DNA of 64,000 nucleotides from an uncultured Haloferula sp. (lineage in GTDB: Bacteria; Verrucomicrobiota; Verrucomicrobiia; Verrucomicrobiales; Akkermansiaceae), in the NCBI GenBank assembly GCA_965652295.1, contig CBFGTS010000001.1, forward strand, positions 480,001 to 544,000, in the 5' to 3' direction. The translations under genes and the position numbers were made by a program. This document shows, piece after piece, positions 45,385 to 54,921 of the stretch (within the stretch, counting starts at the first letter, position 1; each line of letters begins with the position of its first letter). The notes beneath the pieces are model-generated. The model saw only the letters and a list, made by a program, of their open reading frames with translations, did no database searches and was not told the origin of the DNA.

Positions 45385-47841
45385 TCAGCGCTGCACGACC
45401 GGGATCGTCAGAGTGGCGGGCTCAAGGCCTTCGGCTTCGGCGCGCAGTTCGAGGGTGCCTTCTTCGCCGGACGGACGCAGGATCGCGAGGCAGCGACCTT
45501 CATAAGTCTCGCGTTGTGGCTGCTGGAAGCTTGCCGGTTCATTCGGCACCGCGCTGGCCTGACCGGCGAGGTCGCCAACACCGGTGACGGAGAAGCGGAC
45601 CCTGGCCCGGGCGTCGGGCACGCGGCGGCCTTCGGCGTCGACGACTTCGACCGTGACGTAGGCGAGATCGTCGCGGTCGGCTCGGATCGAGGTACGGTCG
45701 GCGGTGAGCCGGATCGCGGCGGCCGGGCCGGTGGTGGTGAGGACGGTTTCTGCGACGGGCTGGCCATCCTTCAAGCCGACGGCTTTCAGTTCGCCCGCCT
45801 CGTAGGGGACGTTGAACTTCGCGGTGAGCTTCGTTTCCTCCGAGACTTCCTTTTCCCCGACAACCTTGCCGTTGAGCTCGAGGCGGACCTGTTCGCAGCG
45901 GGAGTAAACGGAAACCTGAAGCGGCTTCCCTTGGTGGCCGGCCCAGTTCCAGCTGTCGGATTCCTTGGGCCAAGCCCACCAGCTCAGGACTTCGTGGAGC
46001 CCGTCGGGGATGGGTTCGTGAACGAACATCGCGATCTCGCGCTCGCGCCAGAGGACGTCGCGGTAGTAGGATTGCGGTTTCTTGAAGCCGCACAGGTCGA
46101 GGTCGCCACACCAGGCGTTGAACCACGGCCAGCCCATGAAGAAGGGATTTTCCTCATTGCTCAGCACGCTGTGGGCGAGGCCGGCTTCGCCGAGGTAATC
46201 CATGGCGGTCCAGACGAAGTCGCCGATGACGTAGGGCTTTTCTTCGACGTGCTTCCAGTAGTCGAAGGCGTCCTTCGGAAACGACTCGGAGCCGTACATG
46301 ATCCGATCGGGATGGCGCCGGTGGTCTCCTTCGTAAAACTGAGGGAGGTAGTTGTAGCCGGCGATGTCGAGGTGGGTGAAAGCGGGATCGGAGCGCTGGT
46401 CCCAGTTCTTGAAGACATCGCCCCAGTCGGTGCAGATCCCTTGGGTGACGAAGCGGGTGGTATCGTGCTTGAGGACCTCCTCGCGGATCTGCATGCCGAG
46501 GTCGCCGGCGCGGAACTGCTCGGGGATCTCGTTGCCGACCGACCACATGATGACGGACGGATGGTTGCGGTCGCGGCGGACCATCGAGGCGATGTCCCGC
46601 GCGAACCAATCCTTGAAGTCTCGTTGATAGCCGTGGTCGTTCTTTTCCTTCGGCTCGTTCCATTGGTCGAAGGCCTCGTTGATGACGAGCATGCCGAGCC
46701 GGTCGCAGGCGTCGAGCAATGCGGGCGAGGGCGGATTGTGGCTGGTGCGGATCGCGTTGTAGCCGTTTGCCTTGAGAAGCTCGATTTTGCGCTCCTCCGC
46801 GCGGTCGATGGCTGCCGCGCCCAGCGGTCCGTTGTCGTGATGGATGCAGCCGCCTTTGAGGAAAAGAGGTTTGCCGTTGAGAAGAAAGCCGCGCTTGGCA
46901 TCGGCCTCGATCCGGCGAATGCCGAAGGGGGTGGAGACGGTATCGATGACCTCTCCTTCCACGATCACTTCGACCTCCGCGCGATGGAGATTCGGCGCGT
47001 CGAGAGACCACAGCTTTGGCGACATCACCGCGAACCCGAGTCGCTGGGAACGCGTTTTGCCGGCGGGGATCCGCAAGGTGCTCCGGGTGGTGCCGACTTC
47101 CTTGCCGTCGGGGTCCAGCGCGCGAACCCGGATGCCGGCAGAGACCTCATTGGCCGAGCCGTTCGCCACCTCGGCATCGATGGCGACCAAGGCCTTCCGA
47201 GACGAGACTTCCGTACTCGTGACGAACACACCCCAAGTGGGAATGTGGACCGGATCGGTCACGGTCAGCCACACGTGCCGGTAGATGCCTGAGCCGGAAT
47301 ACCAACGGCTGTTCCAGCCTTCATTCCGCACTTTCACTGCCAGCACGTTCTCCTGTCCGGCGGGTTTGAGATGGGGAGTGAGGTCGAACTCGAAGCTGGT
47401 GTAGCCGTGGGGGTGCTCGCCGAGCCGGTGACCGTTGATCCACACCTCCGGGTTCATGTAAACGCCATCGAACCGCACCGAAACCCGCTTGTCCGTTTCG
47501 CCGAAGGTGAAGGATTTGCGGTACCATCCGATGCCACCTACGGTGAATCCCGTGAAATGACGGTTGCTCGCCTCGGCAGGATCGAACGGCCCGAAACGGC
47601 GTGGCGTATCGCCGGTTTTCCCGGGGAGATCCTCGATGCTCCAGTCGTGCGGCAGGTGGAGCGTGCGCCAGCCGGAGTCATCGAAACCGGCCATCTCCGC
47701 GCCGGGGACATCGCCGCGATGGAAGCGCCAGTCCTCGTCGAAGCCAACGGTCCGGGAGTCCGGCACGGCGGAGAGCCATGTCAAGGACGCCAGCCAGAGA
47801 GAAAGAGCGATGACGGAGAGAGAGAGCGATCGGTATTTCAT
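45385..47841 (-). CDS. GH2 glycoside hydrolase (beta-galactosidase-like)
   Basis: LPHDWSIE, FDGVYMN, SRWYSGSGIYR, GGCIHHD, RTSHNPP, RDRNHPSVIMWSVGNE and WTAMDYLGE. Confidence 0.93.
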   Translation of the reverse strand: MKYRSLSLSVIALSLWLASLTWLSAVPDSRTVGFDEDWRFHRGDVPGAEMAGFDDSGWRTLHLPHDWSIEDLPGKTGDTPRRFGPFDPAEASNRHFTGFTVGGIGWYRKSFTFGETDKRVSVRFDGVYMNPEVWINGHRLGEHPHGYTSFEFDLTPHLKPAGQENVLAVKVRNEGWNSRWYSGSGIYRHVWLTVTDPVHIPTWGVFVTSTEVSSRKALVAIDAEVANGSANEVSAGIRVRALDPDGKEVGTTRSTLRIPAGKTRSQRLGFAVMSPKLWSLDAPNLHRAEVEVIVEGEVIDTVSTPFGIRRIEADAKRGFLLNGKPLFLKGGCIHHDNGPLGAAAIDRAEERKIELLKANGYNAIRTSHNPPSPALLDACDRLGMLVINEAFDQWNEPKEKNDHGYQRDFKDWFARDIASMVRRDRNHPSVIMWSVGNEIPEQFRAGDLGMQIREEVLKHDTTRFVTQGICTDWGDVFKNWDQRSDPAFTHLDIAGYNYLPQFYEGDHRRHPDRIMYGSESFPKDAFDYWKHVEEKPYVIGDFVWTAMDYLGEAGLAHSVLSNEENPFFMGWPWFNAWCGDLDLCGFKKPQSYYRDVLWREREIAMFVHEPIPDGLHEVLSWWAWPKESDSWNWAGHQGKPLQVSVYSRCEQVRLELNGKVVGEKEVSEETKLTAKFNVPYEAGELKAVGLKDGQPVAETVLTTTGPAAAIRLTADRTSIRADRDDLAYVTVEVVDAEGRRVPDARARVRFSVTGVGDLAGQASAVPNEPASFQQPQRETYEGRCLAILRPSGEEGTLELRAEAEGLEPATLTIPVVQR

Positions 47842-48071
47842 GCGTGACGAAGAATCCAGAGCGTGCGTGCGGGCTACGTGAAGACGACGGGTTTCGTTTC
47901 AGGAAGCATTTCCGTCCTTGATGACGGGCTTATCTTGATCGCTGGAGGTTTCCAGTGCCTCCTCTTCCAGGCCCCCAAGGCAGGATGGTAGCCGACAAGG
48001 TTTTCGGTCGGGCAGCATGCTCGTCATTTGCTTGCTTGTTGCCGGAATCTCCTCAATCCACCCTGTCACCG

Positions 48072-48431
48072 ATGAGCGATACCACCCGAGACCGCGGCCC
48101 GCAGCCCGTTGACACCCTCATGGAAGCCTGGGGCCTGGGCAACCACGACATGGTGGACGCCTCACCCGAGCAACTGACCCACAAACAGGTCCAGCGCGCC
48201 CGCAAGGGCCGCGTGCTCACGCTCGCGATGATGCAGAAGGTCACCCGCACCTTGAACATCGCCGTCTGGTACCGCCTCAAGAAAGAAGAGCGCGAACTCT
48301 ATTACGAATACCTCCACCGCGATCTCTTCAACTACGCCAAGGGCCACGACCCGGAGTTCCAGGATCCCAACCTCCCGTTGATGGAGGCCGTGAAATCGCG
48401 GGGTTCCAGGATCATCAACCGCGAGGAATAG
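48072..48431 (+). CDS. Hypothetical protein
   Basis: 119-aa ORF with strong host codon bias, filling the gap between two minus-strand genes. Confidence 0.7.
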   Translation: MSDTTRDRGPQPVDTLMEAWGLGNHDMVDASPEQLTHKQVQRARKGRVLTLAMMQKVTRTLNIAVWYRLKKEERELYYEYLHRDLFNYAKGHDPEFQDPNLPLMEAVKSRGSRIINREE

Positions 48432-48462
48432 CGGTTCATGGAATGCTGCCGGCGAAGATGGA

Positions 48463-49404
48463 TCAGCCTCCCTTCTTCTGCGCGAACAGCCAGGCCTGGA
48501 CCTTTTCGTCCTGCAGGACGCGATCGGCGATGCCGTGGCCAGCGCCTTCGAACTCAGTGTAAGTGATGTTGGCCCGGCTCTTCTCAAGCGCCTCCACCAT
48601 TTTCCGGGACTCCTCGACGGAGACCTTGTCGTCCTTGTCGCCGTGGAAATTCCAGATCGGCAGCTTCCGCAGATCCCGCGCAAGGTCGGGGTTTCCTCCG
48701 CCAGCAATCGGGATGGCGGCGGCGAACAGCTTGGGTTCGGCACCAATGGCCGACCAGGTGCCGTAGCCGCCCATGGAAAATCCGCTGATGTAGATCCGGT
48801 CTTCATCCACCGGTAGGTTTTCGGCGAGGTCCTCGGTCAAAGCGATGACCCGCTCGGTGATCTCGGAACTGCTCCAGAAAACCTCGGACGGGCACTGGGG
48901 AGCGACCACGATACAGGGTCGCTTGGCCTGGTTGTCAGGCGAGGCGAAGGTGCGTGGCAGCCCGTTGACCTGCCGTTCATTGTCCTCGCCGCGCTCGCCG
49001 ACGCCGTGGAGAAAGACGACGAGGGGAAGCTTCTGGTCCTTCTTGAACTTGGCCGGAGCCCAGATCTGGAACTTGAGGTCCTCAATCTCCCCCTTGACCC
49101 AATCGCCTTTCGCGAATTCGGCGTACTCGCCGAGATCGGCAAGCTCCGCCTCACCGCCTTTGGCGATCATTTCCTTCGCGAAAGCGATGTCGGCTTCCGC
49201 AAGCTTCTCGAAGGGAATCCGGACTTCCCTGGAGCCCGTGCGGACCGTGACGGAGGAGTCGTCGCCCTCGACGAACTCCGCTTCGATCGTGCGGCCATCG
49301 CTCGATGTCCAGACCCGGGCTTCGAGCGCAGGCAGCGCCATGAGCAGGGCCAAGCCCCAGACGGCGAAGGGCGGCCGGGGTGATGTCTTGAATGAGAGTT
49401 TCAT
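48463..49404 (-). CDS. Secreted SHD1 + alpha/beta hydrolase (predicted esterase/peptidase)
   Basis: ARVWTSSDGRTIEAEF; FLHGVGERG; GFSMGG nucleophile elbow; FHGDKD; GAGH. Confidence 0.85.
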   Translation of the reverse strand: MKLSFKTSPRPPFAVWGLALLMALPALEARVWTSSDGRTIEAEFVEGDDSSVTVRTGSREVRIPFEKLAEADIAFAKEMIAKGGEAELADLGEYAEFAKGDWVKGEIEDLKFQIWAPAKFKKDQKLPLVVFLHGVGERGEDNERQVNGLPRTFASPDNQAKRPCIVVAPQCPSEVFWSSSEITERVIALTEDLAENLPVDEDRIYISGFSMGGYGTWSAIGAEPKLFAAAIPIAGGGNPDLARDLRKLPIWNFHGDKDDKVSVEESRKMVEALEKSRANITYTEFEGAGHGIADRVLQDEKVQAWLFAQKKGG

Positions 49405-49459
49405 GAGCGTTCCGGAACCTTACGGGTTTCGGAGCGCGAATCTGGCGAATCTTTTTCCC

Positions 49460-51016
49460 TCAGGCTTCGAGCCGGTGGATCTTCAAAGGATTCGCTTCCC
49501 GGAGTTCGGCAGGCAGGGCGGAGTCTGGGAAGTTCTGCCAGCAGGCGGGACGGCAGAAACGGTGGATCGCCAAGGTGCCGACGGAAGTACTGCGTCCATC
49601 CGAGGTGGAGGGATACGGCCCGCCGTGCACCATGCTGGCGCAGACTTCGACGCCGGTCGGGAAGCCGCCGAAGAGCAGCCGGCCGCAGCGGTCGCGCAGG
49701 GTGGTGACGAGCTGCGGATGGGCGGCGAGTTCCTCCTCGCTGGCATGCAACGTGGCGGTGAGCTGTCCTTCGAGGGCCGTCACGGCCTCGGTGATTTCCT
49801 CAAGGCTGCCACGGACGATGAGTGCGCCGGGGCCGAACAGCTCGGCCTGGAGCGCGGGATTACCGAGGAAGTCGGCGGCGGAAACCTGGAGCAGGACGGG
49901 CGTGCCACCGCAGGCGGAGGCCTCGGCGCCTTGGGCGAGCGTTTCGACGCAGGACTCGGCGGCGAGGGCTTCGCAACCCTTCCGATAGGCTTCGGAAATG
50001 CCGGCATTGAGCATGGTGGCGGGAGAGCCGGCGGCGACGAGTTCGGAAAGCTTTGCGACAAAAGCGTCGCCGGCATCGTCCGGCAGGAAGACGAGCCCGG
50101 GGTTGGTGCAGAACTGTCCGGCACCCAGGGTGAGGGAGCCGTAATAGGCTTCGGCCAGGGCTTTCTCGCCGCGGTCGAGCGCGCCGGGAAGGATGACGAC
50201 CGGATTGATCGAACTCATTTCCGCGTAGACAGGGATCGGCTCCGGTCGGGAGGCGGCGAGCTGCATCAGCGAGGTGCCGGCGGCACGCGAGCCGGTGAAA
50301 CCGACGGCCTTGATGGTGGGATGGGAAACGACGGCGCGGCCGACGGTACGACCTCCACCGTAGAGGAGCGAGAACACGCCCTCCGGCATGCCGGTTTCCC
50401 GCGCGGCCTCGATCACCGCACCGGCGACGATTTCGGCAAGGCCGGGGTGGGAGGCGTGACCGATGACAACCACGGGGCAGCCGGCGGCGAGGGCGGAGGC
50501 GGTGTCGCCACCCGCCACGGAGAAGGCGAGGGGGAAATTGCTGGCGCAGAAAACCGCGACCGGGCCGAGCGGCACGAGCATCGCACGCAGGTCCGGCTTC
50601 GGCAGCGGTTGGCGGTCGGGCTGCGCGCGATCGATCCGTGCATCGACCCACGAGCCTTCCTCGATGAGCGCGGCGAACATCCGGAGTTGGCCGCAGGTGC
50701 GGCCGGTTTCGCCGCGCATGCGGGCCTCGGGCAGGCCGGTTTCCAGCGGCCCGCGGGCGGCGATGTCCTCGGTGCGTGCCTCGATGTTCGCGGCGATGGA
50801 GCGCAGGAAGACGGCTCGATCTTTTCCGCTGAGGGCGGAGTAGACGGGAAAGGCGCTTTCGGCGAGGCGGAGCGCGGTTTCCACCTCGTCGTCGGTGGCG
50901 GCGAGGTAGCCGGGCTCAAGCGAGTCGCCCGTGGCGGGGTTGATGCCGCCGCCGCAGGGCTGGGTGCCGGCGGAGCGGGCGTAGCCGATGAAGGAGGTGC
51001 CTTGGAGATCGATCAT
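49460..51016 (-). CDS. NADP-dependent aldehyde dehydrogenase (alpha-ketoglutaric semialdehyde dehydrogenase type)
   Basis: ASNFPLAFS, FTGS, YAEMSSINP, GQFCTNPG and FPTGVEV..MVHGGPYP; located in the hydroxyproline cluster. Confidence 0.9.
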   Translation of the reverse strand: MIDLQGTSFIGYARSAGTQPCGGGINPATGDSLEPGYLAATDDEVETALRLAESAFPVYSALSGKDRAVFLRSIAANIEARTEDIAARGPLETGLPEARMRGETGRTCGQLRMFAALIEEGSWVDARIDRAQPDRQPLPKPDLRAMLVPLGPVAVFCASNFPLAFSVAGGDTASALAAGCPVVVIGHASHPGLAEIVAGAVIEAARETGMPEGVFSLLYGGGRTVGRAVVSHPTIKAVGFTGSRAAGTSLMQLAASRPEPIPVYAEMSSINPVVILPGALDRGEKALAEAYYGSLTLGAGQFCTNPGLVFLPDDAGDAFVAKLSELVAAGSPATMLNAGISEAYRKGCEALAAESCVETLAQGAEASACGGTPVLLQVSAADFLGNPALQAELFGPGALIVRGSLEEITEAVTALEGQLTATLHASEEELAAHPQLVTTLRDRCGRLLFGGFPTGVEVCASMVHGGPYPSTSDGRSTSVGTLAIHRFCRPACWQNFPDSALPAELREANPLKIHRLEA

Positions 51017-51044
51017 GGAAACGATGGGAAAACGGGATAGGGTT

Positions 51045-51950
51045 TCAGACTTCGGGAGCGGTGGCGAGGGCCTGCTCGATGATGGCGGTGGCCTCGGCGA
51101 GTTCCGCACCGGCGAGTTCGAGGCGGGGGGCGCGGACACGGTTGTTACCGAGCTTCCCGCCGGTGGCGAGGTTCTGCTGGAGCTTGATGAGCTGGACGAA
51201 CTTCACGACGGTATCCATGCGCAGCATCGGCAGCATCCAGGTGTAGATCGGCATTGCTTCCTCAATGCGGCCGCTGGTGCCGAGTTCAAGGAGTTTCACG
51301 TTGTGGCGGGGAAATGCGCCGCCGACACCGGTGATCCAGAATTTCGCACCCATGGCGAAGCCTTCGAGCGCGCAGTCATCGACGCCGACGCCGAGCGCGA
51401 GACGATCCCCGATGAGTTCGCGGATGCCGGCGATGCGGCGGGCATCGGTGGAGGATTCCTTCACCGCCGCCGCGTTGGGCAGCTCGTCGGCCAGCTCTTT
51501 GATGTGGGCCGGGGTGAAGTCGGTTTTGTAGGCGACCGGGTTGTTGTAGATGATGCAGGGCAGGTCGGTGGCGGAGATGACGGCGGTCATGTGGGCCTTC
51601 ATTTCCCGCCAGTCGGAGGCGTAGAGGTAGGGCGGCAGGACCATCAGGCCGCGGCAGCCGTTGTCCTTGGCGGCTTTGGCGAGATCGATGGCTTCCTGTG
51701 TGGAAAGCGACGCGATGCCCGGAATGATGGGCGTGTCCGGCAGGGCCTCGACGTAGGTTTTCTGCAGGGCGACCTTTTCCTCGAAGGAAAGCGTCGCTCC
51801 CTCGCCGAGCGAACCGTGGGCGACGATGGCGGTGCAGCCGTTCTCGACGAGCCACTTGCCATGCTCGGCCATCAGGCCGTGGTCGATGGTGAGGTCTTCG
51901 TTGAACTGGGTGAGGGTGGCGGGCATGACGCCCTTCCATTCGATGCTCAT
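51045..51950 (-). CDS. DapA-family protein, probably 1-pyrroline-4-hydroxy-2-carboxylate deaminase
   Basis: WKGVMPA, GSLGE, YNNPVAY and VKESS; gene context. Confidence 0.85.
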   Translation of the reverse strand: MSIEWKGVMPATLTQFNEDLTIDHGLMAEHGKWLVENGCTAIVAHGSLGEGATLSFEEKVALQKTYVEALPDTPIIPGIASLSTQEAIDLAKAAKDNGCRGLMVLPPYLYASDWREMKAHMTAVISATDLPCIIYNNPVAYKTDFTPAHIKELADELPNAAAVKESSTDARRIAGIRELIGDRLALGVGVDDCALEGFAMGAKFWITGVGGAFPRHNVKLLELGTSGRIEEAMPIYTWMLPMLRMDTVVKFVQLIKLQQNLATGGKLGNNRVRAPRLELAGAELAEATAIIEQALATAPEV

Positions 51951-51985
51951 GTCGGTGGTCGGTTGGGGATGTGGTGTTGGATCAA

Positions 51986-52942
51986 TCAAAGCACGGCGGG
52001 GATGCCGCAGGCGAAAGGGTCGTCGTCGTGGAGAAAATAGGTGGCCTCTCCGTTAACCCAGGCGCGACCGCGGATGCGGGGCAGGATCTTCCCACCCTCC
52101 AGCAGGTCGAAGCGGCCGAGGAAAACGGTGTCGAGGATCGAGGCCTGCCGCCAGAGCTGGCCGGGCTGGAGTTTCCCGGCGGCATGGAGGCAGGCGAGCT
52201 TGGCGCTGGTGCCGGTGCCGCAGGGCGAGCGGTCGTAGGCTTTGCCCGGGCACATCACGAAGTTCCGTCCATCGGCCACCGCGGGATCGGCGGGCGGGCC
52301 GAAGCTTTCGATGTGGTCGATCTCCATCCCGCCCTCGCCGGTGATGCCGGCCTGACGAAGTGCCTGGCGCACGGCCCAGGTGAAATCGGTGAGTGCGTCG
52401 AGGTTCGCCAGCTCCACCGGCGGACCTTGGTTTTCGATCAGGAAAAACCAGTTTCCGCCCCAGGCGATGTCGCCGGTGATGGTGCCCCAGCCGGGGACTT
52501 CGACGGCCATGTCGGCCGCCATGCGCCAGCTCGGGACGTTGGCGACCTCGATCGAGCCGTCATTTGCCACCGTGGCGACGACCACGCCCACCGGAGTATC
52601 GATGCGATGCGTGCCGGTGCCGATGCGGCCGATGTGAACCAGTGTGGCCACCAGCCCGATGGTCCCGTGGATGCACATGTTCAGGTTCGAGACGTTGTTG
52701 AAAAAGATGACGCCGGTGACGCAGTCCGGCTCGTGCGGCGGGCAGAGCAGCGCACCGACCATCGCCTCATGTCCGCGGGGCTCGTTGCAGACGGCCTGGC
52801 GCAGCCAGTCATGCTCCTCACGCAGCCGCTGGGAACGTCCGGCAAGCGGTCCCGTACCGAGATCCGGCCCGCCGGCGATGACGACGCGGGTGGGCTCTCC
52901 CTCGGTGTGGGAGTCGATGACGCGGATGACGGGGCGGGACAT
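51986..52942 (-). CDS. 4-hydroxyproline 2-epimerase (proline racemase family)
   Basis: IDSHTEGEPTR, EPRG, MCIHGTIG and DRSPCGTGT (Cys/Cys catalytic pair). Confidence 0.9.
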   Translation of the reverse strand: MSRPVIRVIDSHTEGEPTRVVIAGGPDLGTGPLAGRSQRLREEHDWLRQAVCNEPRGHEAMVGALLCPPHEPDCVTGVIFFNNVSNLNMCIHGTIGLVATLVHIGRIGTGTHRIDTPVGVVVATVANDGSIEVANVPSWRMAADMAVEVPGWGTITGDIAWGGNWFFLIENQGPPVELANLDALTDFTWAVRQALRQAGITGEGGMEIDHIESFGPPADPAVADGRNFVMCPGKAYDRSPCGTGTSAKLACLHAAGKLQPGQLWRQASILDTVFLGRFDLLEGGKILPRIRGRAWVNGEATYFLHDDDPFACGIPAVL

Positions 52943-53028
52943 TCGAGGACGTTTTTATCACATCGATCTTGTCGAAAGGGCCAGCGGGGACTTTCGATCG
53001 GGCATAAGTCGCGAGCAAAACGCCGGCC

Positions 53029-53778
53029 ATGAAAGACGCTTCCTTTCTCCAGCAGTTCTTCGAATCCGTCGGCGGCGTCGTGCCGGTCGACCGGCTGTTC
53101 GATGGCGTCGCGGACATCGTGTTCTTCATCAAGGACGCGGATGGCCGCTACGTGGCGGTGAACGACACGCTGGTCGAGCGTTGCGGACTGGACTCGCGCG
53201 ATCAACTCATCGGCCGCTCGGTCGCCGAGGTTTTCCCCGCGCCGCTGGCCGGGGAATTCGCCAGCCAGGATACGGAGGTGCTGCGGTCCGGGGCCTCGAT
53301 CCGTGACCGTCTGGAGCTGCACCTTTATCCCGGTGGAGCATCGGGCTGGTGCCTCACCTACAAGGAGCCGATCCGCGCGAAGGACGGCCGTATCGCCGGG
53401 CTGTGCGGGATTTCCCGCGACCTCCACGCGCTGGCAGGCCCGGACGATGAGTTCGGTGCTCTGTCGACGGCGCTCGATCACATCCACCGGCACTTCGATG
53501 AGCCGCTGCGGTTGCCGCGTCTCGCGGAAATGGCGGGTTTGTCGGTGTATCAGTTCGATCAACGGATTCGTACCCTGTTTCAAGTCACGGCCGGGCAGTA
53601 CATTCTGAAAGTCCGGCTGGACTCCGCGCGCGAGCGGTTGGCGACGACCGCCGAGCCGATCGTGCAGGTGGCGCTGGCCTGCGGCTACTCCGACCAGTCG
53701 GCCTTCTCGCGGCAGTTCAAGCAGGCGGTGGGCATCAGCCCGCACGAATACCGCAAGCGGTTTTCGACGAGCGCTTAG
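53029..53778 (+). CDS. PAS-AraC transcriptional regulator (probable hydroxyproline regulator)
   Basis: VFFIKDADGRYVAVN PAS domain; C-terminal VALACGYSDQSAFSRQFK; divergent from the epimerase. Confidence 0.9.
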   Translation: MKDASFLQQFFESVGGVVPVDRLFDGVADIVFFIKDADGRYVAVNDTLVERCGLDSRDQLIGRSVAEVFPAPLAGEFASQDTEVLRSGASIRDRLELHLYPGGASGWCLTYKEPIRAKDGRIAGLCGISRDLHALAGPDDEFGALSTALDHIHRHFDEPLRLPRLAEMAGLSVYQFDQRIRTLFQVTAGQYILKVRLDSARERLATTAEPIVQVALACGYSDQSAFSRQFKQAVGISPHEYRKRFSTSA

Positions 53779-53936
53779 GCCCCTCAGGGCGGTTCAGCCG
53801 GGAAAGGAGTGGGCGAGCGTCCGCAGGAGTGGCGAGTGATAAGGAAAAGGGAAAAAGTGGTGGGGGAACGCGCTGCTTGACCCCATGAAAGATCGATCTT
53901 GAAGAAGGCATTCCCTTCTGACACATTCCACGGGTT

Positions 53937-54719
53937 ATGTCCCCCATTTCCTCCTACCTCATCGCCCTATCCCCCTCGCTCGTCCTCGTCTGCCCGGCCG
54001 CCAGCGTGACCTATCAACTGGCGACCGACTCCAGCATGGTCAACCACTGGCCCGGACCCGACGGACTCATCGGAACCGCCGACGACATTGTCGATGGCGG
54101 TGCCACCACCATCGGCGGCTCGGGTCCCAACGTCCCGGGCGGTCTCTCGCAGGTGTCGTTCGACTTCGGCAATCCCAGCGCGGAACCCAAACTCGCTTCG
54201 CCGTTCGACGCCATCTCTTTCATCAGCACCGGCAGCTTCACTTTCGATGCCACCGCCGGCGCGGGCAGCCCCCTCGTCCTCTCCTTCACGATCGACGTGG
54301 GAACGGAGCCGTTCTTCGGTCACGGTCCATATGAGGCCATCTCCACGGGCCTTTTGCTGGGCTCGTCCGGGGCCGGCACTTTCGATGTCACCGCGGCTCC
54401 CTACGACACGGTGATCAACGGTTCACCGGACTCAGCCGTGATGTCTTTCAGCGGCACGTTCAGCCTGATCGATCCGGACGGTCCCGCCACCGGCAACACC
54501 TACTTCGACACCGTCCTCACTCCGATGGCCCAGACCGCAGGAGCGAACTCCTACGTCGTCCTCACCGGCACCGGCATGTCCGGTGCGGCGACGAACTTCA
54601 ACTTTCCCAACATGCCGATCCAGGTGACGCTAGTCGGCTTCGAGGGCGTTCCCGAGCCGTCCGTCACGGCGCTTGCCGCCGCCGGGCTGATGGCGTTCAC
54701 CCTCCGCCGTCGCCGCTGA
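53937..54719 (+). CDS. PEP-CTERM protein
   Basis: Signal-like N-terminus; C-terminus VPEPSVTALAAAGLMAFTLRRRR. Confidence 0.88.
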   Translation: MSPISSYLIALSPSLVLVCPAASVTYQLATDSSMVNHWPGPDGLIGTADDIVDGGATTIGGSGPNVPGGLSQVSFDFGNPSAEPKLASPFDAISFISTGSFTFDATAGAGSPLVLSFTIDVGTEPFFGHGPYEAISTGLLLGSSGAGTFDVTAAPYDTVINGSPDSAVMSFSGTFSLIDPDGPATGNTYFDTVLTPMAQTAGANSYVVLTGTGMSGAATNFNFPNMPIQVTLVGFEGVPEPSVTALAAAGLMAFTLRRRR

Positions 54720-54740
54720 GCCCCGGATTCCACCGCTCCG

Positions 54741-54910
54741 CAAGTCCTGATTGTCGGTGCCGGCCCGACCGGTCTCATCATGGCCCTGTGGCTCGCCCGC
54801 CGCTGGATGGTGCTGATAACTTCGCGCCGCAGTGTCGCTCGACTGGCAGGCGCATCTGTTCGGCCAAGCCGGCGACGAGCTCCGGACGGTTCTTGAAGAA
54901 CACGGGGTAA
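54741..54910 (+). pseudogene. Collapsed FAD-dependent monooxygenase remnant
   Basis: QVLIVGAGPTGLIMALWLARR (GxGxxG N-terminus) is joined directly to DGADNFAP/SLDWQAHLFG, a C-terminal-type segment, with frame breaks. Confidence 0.6.
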
Positions 54911-54921
54911 GGGAATCCGAG

